Of a stretch of 64,000 nt of DNA, positions 27,101-38,989 are shown one piece after another (the stretch's first letter is position 1; every line of letters begins with the position of its first letter). This DNA is from the human T2T-CHM13v2.0 reference genome, Homo sapiens: the NCBI RefSeq assembly GCF_009914755.1, contig NC_060934.1; one strand, 5' to 3'. Both the position numbers and the translations under genes were made by a program. The notes beneath the pieces were generated by a model that ran no database searches, was not told the origin of the DNA, and worked only from the letters and a program-made list of their open reading frames with translations.

Positions 27101-30100
27101 ATGGAATCAACTCGAGTGGAATGTAATGTAATGTAATGGAATGGAATGGAATGGAATGGAATGGAATAGAATGGAATCAATTCGAGTGCAATGTAATGGT
27201 ATAGAATGGAATGGAATGGAATCAACCAGAGTGGAATGGAATGGAAAGGAATGGAATGGAATGGAATGCAATGGAATGGAATGGAAAGTAACGGCATGGA
27301 ATGGAATGGAATGGAGTGGAATCAACCCGAGTGGAATGGAGTGGAATGGACTGTAACGGCATGCAATGGAATGGAAAGGAATGGAATAAACCCGAGTGGA
27401 GTGGAATGGAATGCAATGGACTGGTATGGAATGGAATGGAATCAACCCGAATGGAATGGAATGGAATGGAATGGAATGGAATCAACACGAGTGCAATGGA
27501 ATGGAATGGAATGGAATGGAATGGAATGGAATGGAATGAAATAAACACGAGTGGAATGGAATGGAATGGAATGGAATGGAATGGAATGGAATGGAATGGA
27601 ATTGAATGGAAGAGAATGGAATGGAATTAACTCGATTGGAAAGGAATGGAATGGAAAGGAATGGAATGGAATGGAAAGGAATGCATTGCAATGGAATGCA
27701 ATGTTATGGAATGGAATCAACCCGAGTGGAATGGAATGGAATGGAATGCAATGGAATGTAATGGAATAGACAGGAATGGAATGGAATGGAATGGAATAGA
27801 ATTGACAGGAATGGAATGGAATGGAAAGGAATGGAATGGAATGGATTAGAGTGGAATGGTATGGAATGAAACCAAGCCGATTTGAATGGAATGGAATGCA
27901 ATGGAATGGAATGGAATCAACTGGAAAGGAATCAAATGGAACGGAATGGAATAGAATGGTATGGAATGGAATGGAATGGAATGGAATCAAGCCGAGTGGA
28001 ATATAATGGAATGGAATGGAATGAAATGGAATGGAAACAACCAGAGTGGAATGGATTGGAATGGAGTGGAATGGAATGGAATGGCATGGAATGCCATGGA
28101 ATCAACTAGAATGGAATGGAATGGAATGGATTGGAATGGAATCGAACGGAATGAAACTGAGTGGAATGGATTGGAATGGAATGGAATGAATGGAATGGAA
28201 TGGAATGGAAACTAATGGAATGGAATGGAAAGGAAACAACCCGAGTGGAATGGAATGCAATGTAATGCAATGGAATGGAATGGAATGGAATGGAATTCAA
28301 TGTAATGCAAATAAACCGAGTGGAATGTAATGGAATGGAAAGGACTGGAATGAAATGGAATGGATTGGAATCAGCCCGACTTCAATGCAACGGAATGGGA
28401 TGGAATGGAATGGAATGGAATGGAATGGAATGGAATGGAAAGGAATGGAATGAACTGGAATGGAATGGAATGGAATGGAATGGAATTTAATGGAATGGAA
28501 TGGAATGGAATGGAATCAACCCGAGAGGAGTGGAATGGAATGGATTGGAAATGAATGGAACGGAATGGAATGCAATGGAACGGAACGGAATGGAATGGAA
28601 TGGAATCGAACGCACTAGAATGGAATGGAATGGAATGAAATCAACCCGAATGGAATGGAATGGAATGCAATGGAATGGAATGGAATCAACTCGAGTGGAA
28701 AGGAATGGAATGGAAAGGAATGGAATGGAAAGGAAAGGAATGGAATGCAATGGAATGGAATGGAGTCAACACGAGTGGAATGGAATGGAATGGAATGGAT
28801 TGAAATGGAATGGAATGGACTAGAATGGAATGGGATGAAGTGAAATCAACCCGACTGCAATGGGATGGAATGCAACGTAGTGGAATGGAATCAATTGGAA
28901 AGGAATGGAATGGAATGGAATGGAATGCAATGCAATGGAATCAACCCGAGTGGAATGCAATGGAATTCAATGGAATGGAGTGGAATGAAATCAGCCCGAC
29001 TGGAATGGATTGAAATAGAGTGGAATGGAATGGAACGGCATGGAATGCAATGGAATGAACTAGAATGGAATGGAATGGGATGGAATGGACAGTAATGGAA
29101 TGGAATGGAATGGAATGGAATGGAATGGAATGGGATGGAATGGACAGTAATGGAATGGAATGGAATGGAATGGAATGGAATGGGGTGGAATGGACTAGAA
29201 TGGAATGTAATTGAATGAAATCAACCCGATTGGAATGGAATGGAATGCAATGGAATGGAATGGAATCAACCGGAAAGGAATCAAATGGAACGGAATGGAA
29301 TGGAATGGAATGGAATGGAATGGAATGGAATGGAATGGAATAGAATGGAATGGAATCAACTCGAGTGGAAAGAAATGGAATGGAAAGGAATGGAATGGAA
29401 AGGAAAGGAATGGAATGCAATGGAATGCAATGGTATGGAATGGAGTCAACCCGAGTGGAATGGAATGGATTGGAATGGAATTAAATGGAATGGAATGGAA
29501 TGGAATGGAATGGAGTGGAATGGAATAAACACCAGTGGAATGGAATGCAATGGAATGGAGTGGAATGGAATGGAATGGAATGGACAGGAATGGAATGGAA
29601 TGGAATGAAATCACCCAATTGGAATGGAGAGGAATGCAACGGAATGGAATGGAATCAACTGGAAAGGAATGAAATGGAATGGAATGGAATGGAATGGAAT
29701 CAACTCGAGTGGAATGCAATGGAATGGAATGGAATGGAATGGAATCAACCCGAGTGGAATGGATTTGAAATGAATGGAATGGATTGGAACGGCATGGAAT
29801 GCAATGGAATCAACTGGAATGGAATAGAATGGAATGGAATCGAACGGAATCAACCTGAGTGGAATGGGATGGAATGGAATGGAATGAGTGGAATGGAATG
29901 GAATGGATACTAATGGAATGGAATGGAAAGGAAACAACCCGAGTGGAGAGGAATGAAATGGAATGAAATGGCATGGAATGGAATGGAATGGAATTCAATG
30001 TAATGGAAAGAAACCGAGTGGAATGTACAGGAATGAAAAGGACTGGAATATAAAGGAATGGATTGGAATCAACCCGATTCCAATGCAACGGAATGGAATG

Positions 30101-30667
30101 GAATGGAATGTAATGGAATGGAATGGAATGGAAGGGAATGCAATGGAATGGAAAGGAATGGAATGAACTGGTATGGAATGGAATGGAATGGAATTTAATG
30201 GAATGGATTGGAATGGAATGGAATGGAATGGAATCAACCCGAGATGAGTGGAAAGGAATGGAATGGAAATGAATGGAATGGAATGGAATGGAATGGAATG
30301 GAACGGAACGAATGGATTGAACCCTAGTGAAATGGAATGGAATGGAATGGAATGGAATGGAATGGAATAAACACCAGCGGAATGGAATGGAATGGAATGG
30401 AATGGAATGGAAAGGAATGGACTAGAATGGAATGGAAAGTAAAGGAATGGAATGCAGTGGAATGCAATGGTATGGAATGCAATGGTGTGGAATGGAGTCA
30501 GCCCGAGTGGAATGGAATGGAATGGAATGGAATGAAAGGGAATGGAGTGGAATGCAATGGAATGGAGTGGAATGGAATAAACAACAGTGGAATGGAATGC
30601 AATGGAATAGATTTGAATGTAATAAACACCAGTGGAACGGAATGGAATGGAATGGAATGGAATGGAA

Positions 30668-31030
30668 TGGTCAGGAATGGAATGGAATGGAATGGAATGG
30701 AATGGAATGGAATGGAATAGAATGGAATGGAATGGAATGAAATCAACCCGATTGGAATGGAATGGAATGCCATGGAATGGAATGGAATCAACTAGAAAGG
30801 AATCCAATGGAACGGAATGGAATGGAATGGAATGGAATGGAATGGAATGGAATGGAATGCAATGGTCAGGAATGGAATGGAATGGAATGGAATGGAAAGG
30901 AATAGAATGGAATGGAATGGAATGAAATCAACCCGATTGGAATGGAATGGAATGCCATGGAATGGAATGGAATGGAATCCACTAGAAAGGAATCAAGCGG
31001 AACGGAATGGAATGGAATGGAATGGAACGC
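30668..31030 (+). repeat. ~190-bp tandem duplication next to the inversion breakpoint
   Basis: TGGTCAGG 30668/30863; GCCATGG 30769/30954; ACTAGAAAGG 30791/30981. Confidence 0.8.
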
Positions 31031-31075
31031 AATGGAATGGAATGGAATGGAATGGATTGGAATAGAATGGAATAT

Positions 31076-31107
31076 AATCAACTCGAGCAATTCCAATCGG
31101 GTTGATT
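31076..31107. other. Satellite strand-inversion breakpoint (between 31087 and 31088)
   Basis: Sequence reads ...GGAATATAATCAACTCGAG|CAATTCCAATCGGGTTGATTCCATTCC... The left decamer CAACTCGAG(T) is truncated at 31087. From 31088 the sequence is the reverse complement of ...GGAATCAACCCGATTGGAATTG. No intervening non-satellite sequence. Confidence 0.95.
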
Positions 31108-34100
31108 CCATTCCATTCCATCCCATTCCATTCCATTCCATTCCATTCCATTCCATTCCATTCCATTCCTGTACATTCCATTCCATTCCATCCCATTCTA
31201 GTTGATTCCATTGCATTCCATGCCGTTCCATTCCATTCCACTCTATTCCAATCCATTCCAGTCGGGTTGATTTCATTCCATTCCATTCCATTCCATTCCA
31301 TTCCATTGCATTCCACTGGGATTAATTCCATTCCATTCCATTCCATTCCATTCCATTCCATTCCATTCCATTCCATTCCATACCATTCCATTCCTGACCA
31401 TTCCATTCCATTCCATTCCATTCCATTCCATTCCAATCAGGTTTATTTCATTGCATTCCATTCCATTCCATTCCATTCCATTACATTCCATTCCAGTCAT
31501 GTCCATTCCATTCCATTTCATTTCATTCCTTTCCATTCCATTCCACTGGTGTTTATTCCATTCCAATCCATTCCATTGCATTCCATTCCATTCCATTTCA
31601 TTCCATTCCATTCCATTCCATTCCACTCGGGTTGATTCCATTCCATACCATTGGATTGCATTGCATTCCATTCCTTTCCTTTCCATTCCATTCCATTCCA
31701 ATCCGTTCCTTTCCACTCGAGTTGATTCCATTCCATTCTATTCCATTCCTTTCCATTCCATTCCATTCCACTGAATTCCATTCCATTCCTTTCCATTCCA
31801 CTAGTGTTTATTCCATTCCATTCCATTCCATTCCATTAATTTCCACTCGGGTTGATTCCATTCCATTCAATTCCATTCCATTCCACTCCATTCCATTGCA
31901 TTCTACTCAGGTTTATTCCATTCCATTCCTTTCCATAACATTGCATTCCATTGCATTCCATTCCACTCGGGTTGCTTCCTTTCCATTCCATTCCATTAGT
32001 TTCCATTCCATTCCATTCCATTCATTCAATTAAATTCCATTCCATTCCTTTCCACTCAGGTTGATTCCGTTCGATTCCATTCCAATCTATTCCATTCCAT
32101 TCCATTCTAGTTGACTCTATTGCATTCCATGCGGTTCCATTCCATTCCACTCCATTCCAATCCATTCCACTCGGGTTGATTCCATTCCATTCCATTCCAT
32201 TCCATTCCATTCCATTCCATTGCATTACACTCGGGTTGATTCCATTCCATTGCATTCCATTCCATTCCATTTCATTCCATTCCATTCTGTTCCATTTGAT
32301 TCCTTTCCATTTCATTCCATTCAATTCCATTGCATGCCTTTCCATTCCAGTCGGGTTGATTTCATTCCATTACATTCCATTCTACTCCAATCCACTCCAT
32401 TCCATTCCATTCCATTCCATTCCTGTCCATTCCATCCCATTCCATTCCATTCTAGTTGATTCCATTGCATTCCATGCCATTCCATTCCATTCCACTCTAT
32501 TCCAATCCATTCCAGTCGGGTTGATTTCATTCCATTGCATTCCATTCCATTCCATTGCATTCCACTCGGGTTGATCCTTCCCATTCCATTCTATTCTAGT
32601 TGATTCCAATGCATGCCATGCCGTTCCATTCCATTCCACTCTATTCCAATCCATTCCATTCGGGTTGATTTCATTCCATTCCATTCCATTCCATTCCATT
32701 CCATTCCATTCCATTCCATTCCGTTACAGTTGATTCCAATCCATTCCATTGCATTCCATTCCATTCCAATCAGTTTATTTCATTGCATTGCATTCCATTC
32801 CATTCCATTCCATTCCATTCCATTCCAGTCATGTCCATTCCTTTCCATTCCATTCCATTCCATTCCATTCCATTCCATTCCATTCCACTGGTGTTTATTC
32901 CATTCCAATCCATTCCATTGCATTCCATTCCAGTCCACTTAATTCCATTCCATTTCATTCCATTCCACTCGGGTTGAATCCCTTCCATACCATTGAATTC
33001 CATTGCATTCCATTCCTTTCCATTCCATTCCTTTCCTTTCCTTTCCTTTCCACTCAAGTTGATTCCATTCCATTCTATTCCATTCCATTCCATTCGATTC
33101 CGTTCACTTTGATTCCTTTCCAGTTTATTCCATTCCATTCCATTGCATTCAATTCCATTCCAATCGGGTTGATTTCATTCCATTACATTCCATTCTAGTG
33201 CATTCCACTCCATTCCATTCCATTCCATGCCATTCCATTCCATTCCATTCCATTCCATTCCTCTCCATTCCATCCCATTCCATTCCATTCTAGTTGATTC
33301 CATTGCATTCCATGCCGTTCCATTCCATTCCACTCTATTCCAATCCATTCCAGTCGGGCTGATTTCATTCCATTCCATTCCATTCCATTTCATTCCTTTC
33401 CAGGTGATTCCATTCCATTACATTGCATTCCATTCCATTCCAATCGGGTTGATTTCACTCCATTCCATTCCATTCTAGTCCATTCCATTCCATTCAATTC
33501 CATTCCATTCCATTACATTACATTCCTGTCCATTCCAATCCATTCCTTTCCATTCCATTCCACTGGTGTTTATTCCAATCCACTCCATTCCTTTGCATTC
33601 CATTCCATTCCATTTTAATCCATTCCATTCCATTCCACTCGTGTTGACTCCATTCCATACCATTCCATTCCATTGCATTCCATTCCTTTACTTTCCATTC
33701 CATTCCTTTCCATTCCATTCCTTTCCACTCGAGTTGATTCCATTCCATTCTATTCCATTCAATTCCATTACACTCGTGTTTATTCCAATCCATTCCATTC
33801 CATTCCATTCCACTCCGGTTGATTCCATTCCATTCCATTCCATTCCATTGCATTCCTTTCCACTCCATTCCATTCCTTTCCATTCTACTCGGGTTGATTC
33901 CATTCCATTCCATTCCATTGCATTCCACTCGGGTTGATTTCACTGCATTCCATTCCATTCCATGTCTTTACATTCCATTCCATTCCATTCCACTCGGGTT
34001 GATTCCACTCCATTTCATTCCATTCCATGCTGTTCCATTCCATTCCATTCCATTCCATTCCATTCATTTCAATTCTTTTCCATTCCATTCCATTCCATTC

Positions 34101-34199
34101 CATTCCATTCCATTCCATTCCATTCCATTCCATTCATTTCAATTCCTTTCCATTCCATACCACTCTGGTTGATTCCATTCCATTCCATTCCATTCCATT

Positions 34200-37100
34200 C
34201 CATGCCATTCTATACCATTACATTGCACTCGAATTGATTCCATTCTATTCCATTCCATTTCATTCCATGCCATTTTACTCGGGTTGATTCCATTCCATTC
34301 CATTCCATTCCATTCCATTACATTACATTACATTTCATTCCACCCGAGTTGATTCCTTTCCTTTCCATTCCATTCCATTCCATTCGGTTGATTCCAATCC
34401 ACTGCTTTCCATTCCCTTCCGTTCCATTCCACTTGGTTTGATTCCATTCCATTCCATTCCATTCCATTCCATTCCATTGCATTCCATTCCATTCCATTCC
34501 ATTCCGTCCATTCCATTTCACTCCATTCCCTTCCATTCCATTTCACTCCATTCCCTTCCATTCCATTCGAATTGGATTCTTTCCATTCCATTCCATTCCA
34601 TTCCACTGCCTTCCATTCCACTCGGGTTGTTTCCTTTCCATTCCATTCCATTAGTTTCCATTCCATTCCATTCCATTCATTCCATTCCATTCCATTCGAT
34701 TCCATTACACTGAGGTTGATTCTATTCAATTCCATTCCAATCCATTCAATTCCATTCCATTCTAGTTGATTCCATTCCATTCCATGCCATTCCATTCCAT
34801 TCCATTCTATTCCAATGCATTCCATTAGGGTTGAATTCATTCCATTCCATTTCATTCCATTCCATTGCATTCCACTCGGGTTAATTCCATTCCATTCCAT
34901 TCCATTCCTTTCCATTCCATTCCATTCCATTTCATTCCTTTCCAGTTGATTCCATTCCCTTCCATTCCATTCCATTCCATTCCAATCGGGTTGATTTCCT
35001 TCCATTCCATTCCATTCTAGTCCATTCCATTCTAGTCCATTCCATTCCATTCCATTCCATTCCATTCCATTCCTGTCCATTCCATTCCATTCCATTCCAT
35101 TCGATTCCATTGCATTCCTTTCCATTCCATTCCTTTCCAATCGGGTTGATTCCATTCCATTCCATTCCATTCCATTCCAATCCATTCCATTCCTTTCCAT
35201 TCCACTCTGGTTGATTCCATTCCATTCCATTCCATTCCATTGCATTCCTTTCCATTCCATTCCATTCCATTCCATTCCATTCCATTCCACTCGGGTTGAT
35301 TTCACTCCATTCCATTCCATTCCATGTCGTTACATTCCATTGCATTCCATTCCACTCGGGTTGATTCCACTCCATTCCATTCCATTCCATTCCTTTCCAT
35401 TCCATTCCATTCCATTTCATTCCTTTCCAGTTGATTCCATTCCATTCCATTCCATTCATTTCAATTCCTTTCCATTCCATTCCACTCTGGATGATTCCAT
35501 TCCATTCCATTCCATTCCATTCTATACCATTACATTGCACTCGAATTGATTCCATTCTATTCGATTCCATTCCATTCCATTCCATTCTACTCGGGTTGAT
35601 TCCATTCCATTCCATTCCATTCCATTCCATTCCATTCCATTCCATTACATTATATTACATTCCACTCGAGTTGATTCCATTCCATTCCATTCCTTTCCAT
35701 TCCATTCCATTCCATTCCTTTCGGTTGATTCCAATCCATTGCTTTCCTTTCCTTTCCATTCCATTCCCTTCCGTTCCATTCCACTCGGGTTGTTTCCATT
35801 CCATTCCATTCCATTCCATTCCATTCCATTCCATTCCGTTCCATTCCATTGCATTCCATTCCATTCCGTGCATTCCATTTCACTCGATTCCCTTCCATTC
35901 CATTTCACTCCATTCCCTTGCATTTCATTCGAATTGGATTCTTTCCATTCCATTCCATTCCATTCCATTTCATTCCATTGTCTTCCATTCCACTCTGGTT
36001 GTTTCCTTTCCATTCCATTCCATTCCATTCCATTCCATTCCATTCCATTCATTCCATTCCATTCCATTCCATTACAGTGAGGTTGATTCTGTTCAATTCC
36101 ATTCCAATCCATTCAATTCCAATCCATTCTAGTTGATTCCATTGCATTCCATGCCATTGAATTCCATTCCATTCTATTCCAATGCATTCCATTAGGGTTG
36201 AATTCATTCAATTCCATTTCATTCAATTCCATTGCATTCCACTCTGGTTAATTCCATTCCATTCCATTCCATTCCTTTCCATTCCATACCATTCCATTTC
36301 ATTCCTTTCCAGTTGATTCCATTCCCTTCCATTCCATTCCATTCCAATTGGGTTGATTTCCTTCCATTCCATTCCATTCTATTCCATTCCATTCCATTCC
36401 TTTCCATTCCATTCCATTCCGTTCCATTCCATTCCATTCCATTGCATGCCACTCGGGTTGATTTCACTCCATTCCATTCCATTCCATGTCGTTACATTCC
36501 ATTCCATTCCATTCCACTCGGGTTGATTCAACTCCATTTCATTCCATTCCATGCCGTTCCATTCCATTCCATTCCATTCCATTCATTTCAATTCCTTTCC
36601 ATTACGTTCCACTCTGGTTGATTCCATTCCATTCCATTCCATTCCATTCCATTCCATTCCATTCCATTCCATTCCATTCCATTCTATACCATTACATTGC
36701 ACTCGAATTGTTTCCATTCTATTCCATTCCATTCCATTCTATTCCATTCCATTCGGTTGATTCCAATCCATTGCTTTCCATTCCTTTCCATTCCATTCCC
36801 TTCCGTTCCATTCGACTCGGTTTGATTCCATTCCATTCCATTCCATTCCATTCCCTTGCATTCCATTCCATTCCATTCCGTCCATTCCATTTCACTCCAT
36901 TCCCTTCCATTCCATTTCCCTCCATTCCCTTCCATTCCATTCGAATCGGGTTCTTTCCATTCCATTCCATTCCATTCCATTCCATTCCATTCCATTGCCT
37001 TCCATTCCACTCGGGTTGTTTCCTTTCCATTCCATTCTATTAGTTTCCATTCAATTCCATTCCATTCATTCCATTCCATTCCATTCCATTACATTACACT

Positions 37101-37950
37101 GTGGTTGATTCTGTTCAATTCCATTCCAATCCATTTAATTCCATTCCATTCTAGTTGATTCCATTGCATTCCATGCCATTCCATTCCATTCCATTCTATT
37201 CCAATGCATTCCATTAGGGTTGATTTCATTCCATTCCATTTCATTCCATTCCATTGCATTCTACTCGGTTTAATTCGATTCTATTCCATTCCTTTCCATT
37301 CCATTCCATTCCATTTCATTCCTTTCCAGTTTATTCCATTCTCTTCCATTCCATTCCATTCCATTACAATCGGGTTGATTTCCTTCCATTCCATTCCATT
37401 CTAGTCTATTCCATTCCATTCCATTCCATTTCATTCCATTCCATTCCATTCCATTCTAGTCCATTCCATTCCATTCCATTCCATTCCATTCCATTCCATT
37501 CCTGTCCATTCCATTCCATTCCATTCCTTTCCATTCCATTCCTTTCCACTCGGGTTGATTCCATTCCATTCTCTTCCATTCCATTCCATTCCATTCCATT
37601 GCATTCTATTCCATTCCATTCCTTCCATTCCATTTCACTCCATTCCCTTCCATTCCATTTCACTCCATTCCCTTCCATTCCATTCGAATCGGGTTCTTTC
37701 CATTCCATTCCATTCCATTCCATTCCATTCCATTCCATTCCATTCCAATCCATTCCATTCCTTTCCATTCCATTGCCTTCCATTCCACTCGGGTTGTTTC
37801 CTTTCCATTCCATTATATTAGTTTCCATTCCATTCCATTCCATTCATTCCATTCCATTCCATTCCATTCCATTCCATTCCATTACACTGAGGTTGATTCT
37901 GTTCAATTCTATTCCAATCCATTCCCTTCCATTCCATTCTAGTTGATTCC
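34200..37950 (-). repeat. Three to four diverged tandem copies of a ~1.0-1.35 kb unit
   Basis: TATACCATTACATTGCACTCGAATTG 34211/35523/36685; AATGCATTCCATTAGGGTTG ~34813/36181/37203; TTCGAATTGGATTC ~34566/35927, with the variant TTCGAATCGGGTTC at ~36940/37683. Confidence 0.75.
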
Positions 37951-38180
37951 ATTGTTTTCCATGCCGTTCCATTCCATTCCACTCCATTCCAATCCGTTCC
38001 ACTCGGGTTGATTCCATTCCATTCCATTCCATTCCATTGCATTCCACTCGGGTTGATTCCACTCCATTCCATTCCATTCCATTCCATTCCATTCCATTCC
38101 ATTTCATTCCTTTCCAGTTGATTCCATTCCATTCCATTGCATTCCATTCCATTCCAATCGGGTTTATTTCATTCCATTCC

Positions 38181-38230
38181 ATTACATTACATTACATTAC
38201 ATTACATTACATTACATTACATTACATTAC
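38181..38230. repeat. (ATTAC)10 variant-pentamer microsatellite
   Basis: Ten consecutive perfect ATTAC units replacing ATTCC. Confidence 0.95.
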
Positions 38231-38989
38231 ATTCCTGTGCATTCCATTCCATTCCCTTCCATTCCATTGCATTCCATTCCATTCCAATCGGGTTTATTTC
38301 ATTCTATTCCATTCCATTCCATTCCATTACATTACATTACATTACAATCCTGTGCATTCCATTCCATTCCATTCCATTCCATTGCATTCCATTCCATTCC
38401 TGTCCATTCCATTCCATTCCATTCCATTCCGTTCCATTCCATTCCACTGTTGTTTATTCCATTCCACTGCATTCCATTTCATTCCATTCCACTGGTGTTT
38501 ATTCCATTCCACTCCATTCCTTTGCATTCCATTCCATTCCATTTCATTCCATTCCATTGCATTCCATTCCACTCGGGTTGACTCCATTCCATACCATTAC
38601 ATTCCATTGCATTCCATTCCTTTCCTTTCCATTCCATTCCTTTCCATTCCATTCCTTTCCACTCGAGTTGATTCCATTCCATTCTATTCCATTCCATTCC
38701 ATTCCACTCGTGTTTATTCCAGTCCATTCCTTTCCATTCCATTCCACTGCGGTTGATTCCATTCCATTCCATTCCATTCCATTGCATTCCTTTCCACTCC
38801 ATTCCATTCCATTCCATTCTACTCGGGTTGACTCCATTCCATTCCATTCCATTCCATTCCATTCCATTCCATTCCAGTCCATTCCATTCCATTCCACTCG
38901 GGATGATTCCATTCCATTCCATTCCACTCAGGTTGATTCCATTCCATTTCATTCCATTCCATTCCATTCCATTCCACTCGGGTTGACTC

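Larger units (their letters stand above)
1..31087 (+). repeat. Human satellite III (HSat3/SatIII)-type array, GGAAT strand on +
   Basis: Continuous diverged (GGAAT)n with variants GCAAT, GAAAT, GGAAA, GTAAT and GGAGT, and recurrent decamer interruptions CAACCCGAGT, CAACCCGATT, CAACTCGAGT and AAACACCAGT. A pentamer plus CAACCCGA(G/T)T is the established hallmark of satellite III. Confidence 0.97.

Noticed and set aside
30866-31436. Chimeric ORFs crossing the junction (MEWNG...IINSSNSNRVDS...IPFHS)
   Set aside because: These are simply translations across the strand inversion, not a two-domain protein.
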